From Auanema rhodensis (Eukaryota; Animalia; Nematoda), in the NCBI GenBank assembly GCA_964057225.1, contig CAXKVF010000073.1:930001-994000 (forward strand): 64,000 bases of DNA, given 5' to 3'. The notes beneath the pieces were generated by a model. That model saw only the letters and a program-made list of their open reading frames with translations. It searched no databases and was not told where the DNA came from. The position numbers were made by a program, and so were the translations under genes. Shown one piece after another: positions 38,376 through 48,800 of this stretch (its first letter is position 1; every line of letters starts with the position of its first letter).

Positions 38376-41078
38376 ATGAGTGAGGAACTGGATATCGAAA
38401 TGAACGAGGTAAGACTACCTTTTAATTTTGATAAATTTGAGAGTAATATAGATAACATTTTATCTTTTGCTCAAAGTTTGATTTTAAATCATACTAAAAC
38501 CGGTTGTAGACCAAGAGTCGAAGCCGAGAAAAATCTAGCTAAAATAGCTAAGAATTTAAAAATCTCTAGTTCTGAAATAAAAAGTTTTCAAAAAGAGATT
38601 GATTTGTTAAATCAGATCCACAACATCTGTGATTCTAACAATGATAATGTTTTGATTAAAATTGAAAATTTGATTAATCATAATATTAAACATGATTTTT
38701 TACAGGTTGAACAAGTAACCGATAAAAAATTTATGAATCTGTCAATTACAGATAGTGAAAAAGGTTCGTTAGTAAATTCTAAACTGAATAAATCCTTTTC
38801 TTCTTTACAGCTGAAGAGCTCAGCAAGAAAGAACGAACTTTACAGCCAGGAGTGCAGTTATCAGGGTAAGTCCTTTTACGATATTGCAAAACTCATGAAA
38901 ACCCAGTTACTACCTGAGGTTGAGGCTTATAAGGGTGGATCGTATAGTGAATTCGTTGATTTCACAGAACGATTTAACTATAAATACCCAGATGATGTTT
39001 TTTCTCAACGTGAAAAAAAACTTTTATTCATCAATAAACTCCAAGGCGAGATCAGAAATCGCTATAGAGAGTTACCTGAAGCCATAAAGCAAAGTTCCTT
39101 AGATGTCATAGTGAACAGTTTACGTAGAGAGTCAACCGTTTCACAAAGACAGGGAAGAATGCAGGCTACTGAAAACTTGAAAAGTTTGAAATGGAATAGA
39201 TCCCAGTCGTTAGTAAATTACTGCGATGAGTTAGAAAAACTGACTCAACTGGCTAATCCAGATTTAATTCCTGGTTTATTATCGTTCGAAAGAGCAAATA
39301 AACTGTACCAAGAACTTTGTAATTGTTCTTGTGGAGTTTCCATCCTTGAAAAAATAGAGGATGAGGAGGACGAAGAAATTTACGAAAAAGTAAAACAAAT
39401 CGCCCTCAGATGTGAACGAAATAAGTTAACTCGTTCAATCAATCAATCCAATGAATCCGAGCAGAAACAAAACTTGAGCCGGAAACATTATCCACATATC
39501 TCCGATGAGAGAAGAGTGAGAAACACTAATAATAATGAAATTATTTGTGTGAACTGTAATAAAAAAGGACATACTGCAAACGTATGTTTTAAAAGACAAA
39601 ATGAGAGAATAGAGAATGAAAGTAGACTTAATACTCCTCGAGAACCACCCAGCATTAACAGAAAAGCTGAGAGTTGGAATCGAGCAATCCAAATCACTTC
39701 AAGTGATTTGAGAAACCCCCCATTGTTTGGTAAACCAGCATTAGGGAGAATGACTTTATGTCAAGTCCATATGCATGATGCATTACTAGATACTGGATCG
39801 CAAATTTCGGTCATCAGTTCATCATTGCTAGTTCGAGTAATCGATTCGTTGAAACAAAAAAAAATCAACGCAGATGAAAGAATAGTGGAATTACCATGGA
39901 CTAATAAAAAGTTCATAGTTAACGCATCAGGTGATCAAATGCATTTTGTTGGCGCCGTGCGAATGTCTGTTTTGTGTGATGAAAACCACAAAGAGGCAAT
40001 TGTTGACTTTTTAGTCAGCAAAAACAAAGAAAATCAAATGATATTGGGTACAAATTGTTTGAATTCTTTAGACATATGCTTGAAGTTCAATAAAACTCAA
40101 GCAATGACTTTAAAAAGAGTGTATTTACCTCCTTTTTCGCAAAATCAAGTGTTAGTTTCTTGTGACGCGATTTCAATAAAAAGAGAAATGTTTTTTAACG
40201 CTCTTACTGCTGTTGCAGTTTCGGGAATATATCCCATCAGAGATAATATATCAACCGTGAATTTACATAATAACACGGACAACCCTGTGATAATTAAGGC
40301 AGGAGAATTTATAGGTCACTGGAGATCTGGTTTTGAAACAATAGAGCCGAATCCAGCGATAAAAAAGATCAGTTTGAGAGAAAAACCTGAACACGAATGC
40401 GAAATACAGCATCAGGACTCTTACCGATTGGATAAACGAACTTTTGAGAGTCAAAAGTTTAAAGCTCCTAATTTGGGGTTAGTTAAAAATAATGTGCAGG
40501 TTGCTCTAAATGAAGCCGACCTAACACATACTGATATGGTCACAAAACCAATCAGACAGAAAGTTCGACCTGTTCCTATTAGAGTCAGGAACGGATTTAA
40601 GAAGGTTTTCAAAAATCTTCTAAACAAGAGAATGAATGGACCTAGCAATAGTGCTATGGCTCTTCCTATTGTTTCAAAAGAAGATAAAAATAGGAATGAT
40701 AAAACCAAAAAAAGGTTTAAATCATACTATGATAAAAAGAGTGAGAAAAAATCCGATTCACCAAAAATAAGTGATCGAGTTTTCATTAAAATACCTTTTG
40801 AAAAAAGAGGTGATCCGAATAAGAAACAAGCTTTCGATTTTCGAGGACCGTACAGAGTGATATCAGAATATAACACTTCTGCATTTATTAATGAACTAGA
40901 GGAGAACAAAAAACCTTTAAAAGTTCAAACAGACTTACTATACAAAATTCCTGACCAATTGGGAATAGTAACTGTTAAAACAAAACGTAATAGAAAAAAA
41001 ATTACGTGTAATCATATCTGTGAAAGTTTTTCCTTTAATGAAGAGATTTTACTTCTCGAGGACGAGAATTTTTTGTAG
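38376..41078 (+). CDS. Gag-protease polyprotein fused in frame to an RT N-terminal remnant and the integrase C-terminal (GPY/F) domain, 900 aa
   Basis: Uninterrupted ORF. Capsid-like LPEVEAYKGGSYSEFVDFTERF (~aa179-200), CCHC knuckle aa391-404, LLDTGSQIS (D472) and ILGTN (aa556), KPIRQKVRPVP...PSNSAMALPIV (aa724-766), YYDKK...DRVFIK...FRGPYRVI (aa784-829). No YxDD, RNase H, HHCC or DDE motifs seen. Confidence 0.92.
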   Translation: MSEELDIEMNEVRLPFNFDKFESNIDNILSFAQSLILNHTKTGCRPRVEAEKNLAKIAKNLKISSSEIKSFQKEIDLLNQIHNICDSNNDNVLIKIENLINHNIKHDFLQVEQVTDKKFMNLSITDSEKGSLVNSKLNKSFSSLQLKSSARKNELYSQECSYQGKSFYDIAKLMKTQLLPEVEAYKGGSYSEFVDFTERFNYKYPDDVFSQREKKLLFINKLQGEIRNRYRELPEAIKQSSLDVIVNSLRRESTVSQRQGRMQATENLKSLKWNRSQSLVNYCDELEKLTQLANPDLIPGLLSFERANKLYQELCNCSCGVSILEKIEDEEDEEIYEKVKQIALRCERNKLTRSINQSNESEQKQNLSRKHYPHISDERRVRNTNNNEIICVNCNKKGHTANVCFKRQNERIENESRLNTPREPPSINRKAESWNRAIQITSSDLRNPPLFGKPALGRMTLCQVHMHDALLDTGSQISVISSSLLVRVIDSLKQKKINADERIVELPWTNKKFIVNASGDQMHFVGAVRMSVLCDENHKEAIVDFLVSKNKENQMILGTNCLNSLDICLKFNKTQAMTLKRVYLPPFSQNQVLVSCDAISIKREMFFNALTAVAVSGIYPIRDNISTVNLHNNTDNPVIIKAGEFIGHWRSGFETIEPNPAIKKISLREKPEHECEIQHQDSYRLDKRTFESQKFKAPNLGLVKNNVQVALNEADLTHTDMVTKPIRQKVRPVPIRVRNGFKKVFKNLLNKRMNGPSNSAMALPIVSKEDKNRNDKTKKRFKSYYDKKSEKKSDSPKISDRVFIKIPFEKRGDPNKKQAFDFRGPYRVISEYNTSAFINELEENKKPLKVQTDLLYKIPDQLGIVTVKTKRNRKKITCNHICESFSFNEEILLLEDENFL
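39546..39587 (+). other. Gag nucleocapsid CCHC zinc knuckle
   Basis: CVNCNKKGHTANVC fits C-x2-C-x4-H-x4-C. Confidence 0.95.
39741..40070 (+). other. Retropepsin-type aspartic protease domain (boundaries approximate)
   Basis: Active-site ALLDTGSQISVI (GAT at 39789), flap-like IVNASG and C-terminal ILGTNCL. Confidence 0.92.
40503..40673 (+). pseudogene. Remnant of the reverse transcriptase N-terminus
   Basis: ALNEADLTHTDMVTKPIRQKVRPVP...LLNKRMNGPSNSAMALPIV resembles the gypsy RT start (PI.Q..R..P ... I.PS.SPWASPIV). The downstream RT motifs are missing. Confidence 0.8.
40700..40952 (+). other. Integrase C-terminal GPY/F (SH3-like) module
   Basis: KSYYDKK...KISDRVFIK...KKQAFDFRGPYRVI...VQTDLL matches the gypsy IN tail pattern K..YD...GD.V....KL...w.GPY.V...vh.d.L. 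GPY is at 40845-40853. Confidence 0.85.
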
Positions 41079-41086
41079 GACGGGGA
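41077..41086 (+). promoter_or_regulatory. Polypurine tract (plus-strand primer)
   Basis: AGGACGGGGA lies directly before the TG of the 3' LTR and overlaps the TAG stop (41076-41078). Confidence 0.75.
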
Positions 41087-41565
41087 TGTCGCAGTTGGCT
41101 ATAGTTACCCACCTATGTTTCATGTGCTATATAACGTATAGTTATTCACAAACACTCTGTTGAGTACGTTAAACATTATATTATCTTGAGAAGTATGTAA
41201 AACATTGATAAAACCTATATCATATAAAATCACATACTTAACTACATATAGTTAACTACATGAATATAGTACAGTTGAATTTGTCTTGCAACGACAAGCA
41301 CGAATATATCATTCTTATTTCATTTAGACAAGTTCTAACAAAGTTACAACTTTGGGCATGTTGCCAAGATCAACTACCGTAATCAGATTATCAAGCATGC
41401 ACATCTAAGAGTAGTGATAAGATCAATTGTTCACCTAAAATTGTTGATATAAGATATTTGTGATATATTTTAATCAGTTTAAGTCTCTCTTTTATTTTCT
41501 AATTTTTTAATAAATTCTTTTATTTTTTTCTTTTTTTTTCTTTTTTATTATACAGTCTTTTGACT
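41087..41565 (+). repeat. 3' LTR (479 bp)
   Basis: Direct repeat of 37464-37946. The last base (T41565) could belong to either the LTR or the TSD. Confidence 0.96.
41509..41514 (+). terminator. Putative polyadenylation signal AATAAA in the 3' LTR (copy at 37890-37895)
   Basis: AATAAA followed by T-rich tracts about 50 nt before the LTR end. Confidence 0.55.
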
Positions 41566-41569
41566 GCAC
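41566..41569 (+). other. Right target-site duplication GCAC (or TGCAC, 41565-41569)
   Basis: Duplicate of 37460-37463 directly after the 3' LTR. Confidence 0.9.
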
Positions 41570-42899
41570 ATCACGTGTACATTTAATTAGCATAAATTAA
41601 AGTTCACGTAAATTTCAAAGTCATGGTTACCATGCACCAATATCAATAAAAATTTGTTTTTAGACTAATATGGACATGAGGAATCTAATTTTGAAAACCG
41701 CATCTCTTTATCTTTCACGTGAAGCGAGTTACATACCAAGTGCACATCACGTGTACATTTAATTAGCATAAATTAAAGTTCACGTAAATTTCAAAGTCAT
41801 GGTTACCATGAACCAATATCAATAAAAATTTGTTTTTAGACTAATATGGACATGGGGAATCTAATTTTGAAAACCGCATCTCTTTATCTTTCACGTGAAG
41901 CGAGTTACATACCAAGTGCACATCACGTGTATTATTTAATTAGCATAAATTAAAGTTCACGTAAATTTCAAAGTCATGGTTACCATGAACTAATATCAAT
42001 AAAAATTTGTTTTTAGACTAATATGGACATGGGGAATCTAATTTTGAAAACCGCATCTCTTTATCTTTCACGTGAAGCGAGTTACATACCAAGTGCACAT
42101 CACGTGTATTATTTAATTAGCATAAATTAAAGTTCACGTAAATTTCAAAGTCATGGTTACCATGAACTAATATCAATAAAAATTTGTTTTTAGACTAATA
42201 TGGACATGGGGAATCTAATTTTGAAAACCGCATCTCTTTATCTTTCACGTGAAGCGAGTTACATACCAAGTGCACATCACGTGTACATTTAATTAGCATA
42301 AATTAAAGTTCACGTAAATTTCAAAGTCATGGTTACCATGAACCAATATCAATAAAAATTTGTTTTTAGACTAATATGGACATGGGGAATCTAATTTTGA
42401 AAACCGCATCTCTTTATCTTTCACGTGAAGCGAGTTACATACCAAGTGCACATCACGTGTACATTTAATTAGCATAAATTAAAGTTCACGTAAATTTCAA
42501 AGTCATGGTTACCATGAACCAATATCAATAAAAATTTGTTTTTAGACTAATATGGACATGGGGAATCTAATTTTGAAAACCGCATCTCTTTATCTTTCAC
42601 GTGGAGCGAGTTACATACCAAGTGCACATCACGTGTACATTTAATTAGCATAAATTAAAGTTCACGTAAATTTCAAAGTCATGGTTACCATGCACCAATA
42701 TCAATAAAAATTTGTTTTTAGACTAATATGGACATGGGGAATCTAATTTTGAAAACCGCATCTCTTTATCTTTCACGTGAAGCGAGTTACATACCAAGTG
42801 CACATCACGTGTACATTTAATTAGCATAAATTAAAGTTCACGTAATTTTCAAAGTCATGGTTACCATGAACCAATATCAATAAAAATTTGTTTTTAGAC

Positions 42900-45800
42900 T
42901 AATATGGACATGGGGAATCTAATTTTGAAAACCGCATCTCTTCATCTTTCACGTGAAGCGAGTTACATTCCAAGTGCACATCACGTGTACATTTAATTAG
43001 CATAAATTAAAGTTCACGTAAATTTCAAAGTCATGGTTACCATGCACCAATATCAATAAAAATTTGTTTTTAGACTAATATGGACATGGGGAATCTAATT
43101 TTGAAAACCGCATCTCTTTTTCTTTCACGTGAAGCGAGTTACATACCAAGTGCACATCACGTGTACATTTAATTAGCATAAATTAAAGTTCACGTAAATT
43201 TCAAAGTCATGGTTACCATGCACCAATATCAATAAAAATTTGTTTTTAGACTAATATGGACATGGGGAATCTAATTTTGAAAACCGCATCTCTTTATCTT
43301 TCACGTGAAGCGAGTTACATACCAAGTGCACATCACGTGTACAATTAATTAGCATAAATTAAAGTTCACGTAAATTTCAAAGTCATGGTTACCATGAAGC
43401 AATATCAATAAAAATTTGTTTTTAGACTAATATGGACATGGGGAATCTAATTTTGAAAACCACATCTCTTTATCTTTCACGTGAAGCGAGTTACATACCA
43501 AGTGCACATCACGTGTACATTTAATTAGCATAAATTAAAGTTCACGTAAATTTCAAAGTCATGGTTACCATGAACCAATATCAATAAAAATTTGTTTTTA
43601 GACTAATATGGACATGGGGAATCTAATTTTGAAAACCGCATCTCTTTATCTTTCACGTGAAGCGAGTTACATACCAAGTGCACATCACGTGTACATTTAA
43701 TTAGCATAAATTAAAGTTCACGTAAATTTCAAAGTCATGGTTACCATGAACTAATATCAATAAAAATTTGTTTTTAGACTAATATGGACATGGGGAATCT
43801 AATTTTGAAAACCGCATCTCTTTATCTTTCACGTGAAGCGAGTTACATACCAAGTGCACATCACGTGTACATTTAATTAGCATAAATTAAAGTTCACGTA
43901 AATTTCAAAGTCATGGTTACCATGAACCAATATCAATAAAAATTTGTTTTTAGACTAATATGGACATGGGGAATCTAATTTTGAAAACCGCATCTCTTTA
44001 TCTTTCACGTGAAGCGAGTTACATACCAAGTGCACATCACGTGTACAATTAATTAGCATAAATTAAAGTTCACGTAAATTTCAAAGTCATGGTTACCATG
44101 AAGCAATATCAATAAAATTTGTTTTTAGACTAATATGGACATGGGGAATCTAATTTTGAAAACCACATCTCTTTATCTTTCACGTGAAGCGAGTTACATA
44201 CCAAGTGCACATCACGTGTACATTTAATTAGCATAAATTAAAGTTCACGTAAATTTCAAAGTCATGGTTACCATGAACCAATATCAATAAAAATTTGTTT
44301 TTAGACTAATATGGACATGGGGAATCTAATTTTGAAAACCGCATCTCTTTATCTTTCACGTGAAGCGAGTTACATACCAAGTGCACATCACGTGTACATT
44401 TAATTAGCATAAATTAAAGTTCACGTAAATTTCAAAGTCATGGTTACCATGAACTAATATCAATAAAAATTTGTTTTTAGACTAATATGGACATGGGGAA
44501 TCTAATTTTGAAAACCGCATCTCTTTATCTTTCACGTGAAGCGAGTTACATACCAAGTGCACATCACGTGTACATTTAATTAGCATAAATTAAAGTTCAC
44601 GTAAATTTCAAAGTCATGGTTACCATGAACCAATATCAATAAAAATTTGTTTTTAGACTAATATGGACATGGGGAATCTAATTTTGAAAACCGCATCTCT
44701 TTATCTTTCACGTGAAGCGAGTTACATACCAAGTGCACATCACGTGTACATTTAATTAGCATAAATTAAAGTTCACGTAAATTTCAAAGTCATGGTTACC
44801 ATGAACCAATATCAATAAAAATTTGTTTTTAGACTAATATGGACATGGGGAATCTAATTTTGAAAACCGCATCTCTTTATCTTTCACGTGAAGCGAGTTA
44901 CATACCAAGTGCACATCACGTGTACATTTAATTAGCATAAATTAAAGTTCACGTAAATTTCAAAGTCATGGTTACCATGCACCAATATCAATAAAAATTT
45001 GTTTTTAGACTAATATGGACATGGGGAATCTAATTTTGAAAACCGCATCTCTTTATCTTTCACGTGAAGCGAGTTACATACCAAGTGCACATCACGTGTA
45101 CATTTAATTAGCATAAATTAAAGTTCACGTAAATTTCAAATTCATGGTTACCATGAACCAATATCAATAAAAATTTGTTTTTAGACTAATATGGACATGG
45201 GGAATCTAATTTTGAAAACCGCATCTCTTTATCTTTCACGTGAAGCGAGTTACATACCAAGTGCACATCACGTGTACATTTAATTAGCATAAATTAAAGT
45301 TCACGTAAATTTCAAAGTCATGGTTACCATGCACCAATATCAATAAAATTTTGTTTTTAGACTAATATGGACATGGGGAATCTAATTTTGAAAACCGCAT
45401 CTCTTTATCTTTCACGTGAAGCGAGTTACATACCAAGTGCACATCACGTGTACAATTAATTAGCATAAATTAAAGTTCACGTAAATTTCAAAGTCATGGT
45501 TACCATGAAGCAATATCAATAAAAATTTGTTTTTAGACTAATATGGACATGGAGAATCTAATTTTGAAAACCGCATCTCTTTATCTTTCACGTGAAGCGA
45601 GTTACATACCAAGTGCACATCACGTGTACATTTAATTAGCATGAATTAAAGTTCACGTAAATTTCAAAGTCATGGTTACCATGAAGCAATATCAATAAAA
45701 ATTTGTTTTTAGACTAATATGGACATGGGGAATCTAATTTTGAAAACCACATCTCTTTATCTTTCACGTGAAGCGAGTTACATACCAAGTGCACATCACG

Positions 45801-48800
45801 TGTACATTTAATTAGCATAAATTAAAGTTCACGTAAATTTCAAAGTCATGGTTACCATGAACCAATATCAATAAAAATTTGTTTTTAGACTAATATGGAC
45901 ATGGGGAATCTAATTTTGAAAACCGCATCTCTTTATCTTTCACGTGAAGCGAGTTACATACCAAGTGCACATCACGTGTACATTTAATTAGCATAAATTA
46001 AAGTTCACGTAAATTTCAAAGTCATGGTTACCATGAACTAATATCAATAAAAATTTGTTTTTAGACTAATATGGACATGGGGAATCTAATTTTGAAAACC
46101 GCATCTCTTTATCTTTCACGTGAAGCGAGTTACATACCAAGTGCACATCACGTGTACATTTAATTAGCATAAATTAAAGTTCACGTAAATTTCAAAGTCA
46201 TGGTTACCATGAACCAATATCAATAAAAATTTGTTTTTAGACTAATATGGACATGGGGAATCTAATTTTGAAAACCGCATCTCTTCATCTTTCACGTGAA
46301 GCGAGTTACATACCAAGTGCACATCACGTGTACATTTAATTAGCATAAATTAAAGTTCACGTAAATTTCAAAGTCATGGTTACCATGAACTAATATCAAT
46401 AAAAATTTGTTTTTAGACTAATATGGACATGGGGAATCTAATTTTGAAAACCGCATCTCTTTATCTTTCACGTGAAGCGAGTTACATACCAAGTGCACAT
46501 CACGTGTACATTTAATTAGCATAAATTAAAGTTCACGTAAATTTCAAAGTCATGGTTACCATGAACTAATATCAATAAAAATTTGTTTTTAGACTAATAT
46601 GGACATGGGGAATCTAATTTTGAAAATCGCATCTCTTTATCTTTCACGTGAAGCGAGTTACATACCAAGTGCACATCACGTGTACATTTAATTAGCATAA
46701 ATTAAAGTTCACGTAAATTTCAAAGTCATGGTTACCATGAACCAATATCAATAAAAATTTGTTTTTAGACTAATATGGACATGGGGAATCTAATTTTGAA
46801 AACCGCATCTCTTCATCTTTCACGTGAAGCGAGTTACATTCCAAGTGCACATCACGTGTACATTTAATTAGCATAAATTAAAGTTCACGTAAATTTCAAA
46901 GTCATGGTTACCATGCACCAATATCAATAAAAATTTGTTTTTAGACTAATATGGACATGGGGAATCTAATTTTGAAAACCGCATCTCTTTTTCTTTCACG
47001 TGAAGCGAGTTACATACCAAGTGCACATCACGTGTACATTTAATTAGCATAAATTAAAGTTCACGTAAATTTCAAAGTCATGGTTACCATGCACCAATAT
47101 CAATAAAAATTTGTTTTTAGACTAATATGGACATGGGGAATCTAATTTTGAAAACCACATCTCTTTATCTTTCACGTGAAGCGAGTTACATACCAAGTGC
47201 ACATCACGTGTACAATTAATTAGCATAAATTAAAGTTCACGTAAATTTCAAAGTCATGGTTACCATGAAGCAATATCAATAAAAATTTGTTTTTAGACTA
47301 ATATGGACATGGGGAATCTAATTTTGAAAACCACATCTCTTTATCTTTCACGTGAAGCGAGTTACATACCAAGTGCACATCACGTGTACATTTAATTAGC
47401 ATAAATTAAAGTTCACGTAAATTTCAAAGTCATGGTTACCATGAACCAATATCAATAAAAATTTGTTTTTAGACTAATATGGACATGGGGAATCTAATTT
47501 TGAAAACCGCATCTCTTTATCTTTCACGTGAAGCGAGTTACATACCAAGTGCACATCACGTGTACATTTAATTAGCATAAATTAAAGTTCACGTAAATTT
47601 CAAAGTCATGGTTACCATGAACTAATATCAATAAAAATTTGTTTTTAGACTAATATGGACATGGGGAATCTAATTTTGAAAACCGCATCTCTTTATCTTT
47701 CACGTGAAGCGAGTTACATACCAAGTGCACATCACGTGTACATTTAATTAGCATAAATTAAAGTTCACGTAAATTTCAAAGTCATGGTTACCATGAACCA
47801 ATATCAATAAAAATTTGTTTTTAGACTAATATGGACATGGGGAATCTAATTTTGAAAACCGCATCTCTTTATCTTTCACGTGAAGCGAGTTACATACCAA
47901 GTGCACATCACGTGTACAATTAATTAGCATAAATTAAAGTTCACGTAAATTTCAAAGTCATGGTTACCATGAAGCAATATCAATAAAATTTGTTTTTAGA
48001 CTAATATGGACATGGGGAATCTAATTTTGAAAACCACATCTCTTTATCTTTCACGTGAAGCGAGTTACATACCAAGTGCACATCACGTGTACATTTAATT
48101 AGCATAAATTAAAGTTCACGTAAATTTCAAAGTCATGGTTACCATGAACCAATATCAATAAAAATTTGTTTTTAGACTAATATGGACATGGGGAATCTAA
48201 TTTTGAAAACCGCATCTCTTTATCTTTCACGTGAAGCGAGTTACATACCAAGTGCACATCACGTGTACATTTAATTAGCATAAATTAAAGTTCACGTAAA
48301 TTTCAAAGTCATGGTTACCATGAACTAATATCAATAAAAATTTGTTTTTAGACTAATATGGACATGGGGAATCTAATTTTGAAAACCGCATCTCTTTATC
48401 TTTCACGTGAAGCGAGTTACATACCAAGTGCACATCACGTGTACATTTAATTAGCATAAATTAAAGTTCACGTAAATTTCAAAGTCATGGTTACCATGAA
48501 CCAATATCAATAAAAATTTGTTTTTAGACTAATATGGACATGGGGAATCTAATTTTGAAAACCGCATCTCTTTATCTTTCACGTGAAGCGAGTTACATAC
48601 CAAGTGCACATCACGTGTACATTTAATTAGCATAAATTAAAGTTCACGTAAATTTCAAAGTCATGGTTACCATGAACCAATATCAATAAAAATTTGTTTT
48701 TAGACTAATATGGACATGGGGAATCTAATTTTGAAAACCGCATCTCTTTATCTTTCACGTGAAGCGAGTTACATACCAAGTGCACATCACGTGTACATTT

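Larger units (their letters stand above)
37464..41565 (+). mobile_element. Ty3/gypsy-type (Metaviridae-like, nematode Cer-like) LTR retrotransposon, internally deleted and non-autonomous, 4102 bp
   Basis: Two near-identical direct LTRs, PBS directly after the 5' LTR, purine tract before the 3' LTR, duplicated target site. The ORF has Ty3/gypsy domain order: Gag-PR-(RT remnant)-IN C-terminus with GPY motif. Confidence 0.95.

Noticed and set aside
38941-38947. Additional CGTATAG inside gag
   Set aside because: The flanks (GGAT / TGAA) do not form a stem, so it was not counted with the hairpin family.
39435-40909. Five 60-85 aa minus-strand ORFs
   Set aside because: They are antisense shadows of the A-rich gag-pro ORF with no recognisable domains.
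40950-41078. Possible env or chromodomain after the integrase tail
   Set aside because: Only ~40 residues remain before the PPT, with no aromatic-cage, signal-peptide or transmembrane pattern.
38376-41078. Domesticated host gag-derived gene
   Set aside because: It is still flanked by near-identical LTRs, PBS, PPT and a TSD, which indicates a recent mobile copy.
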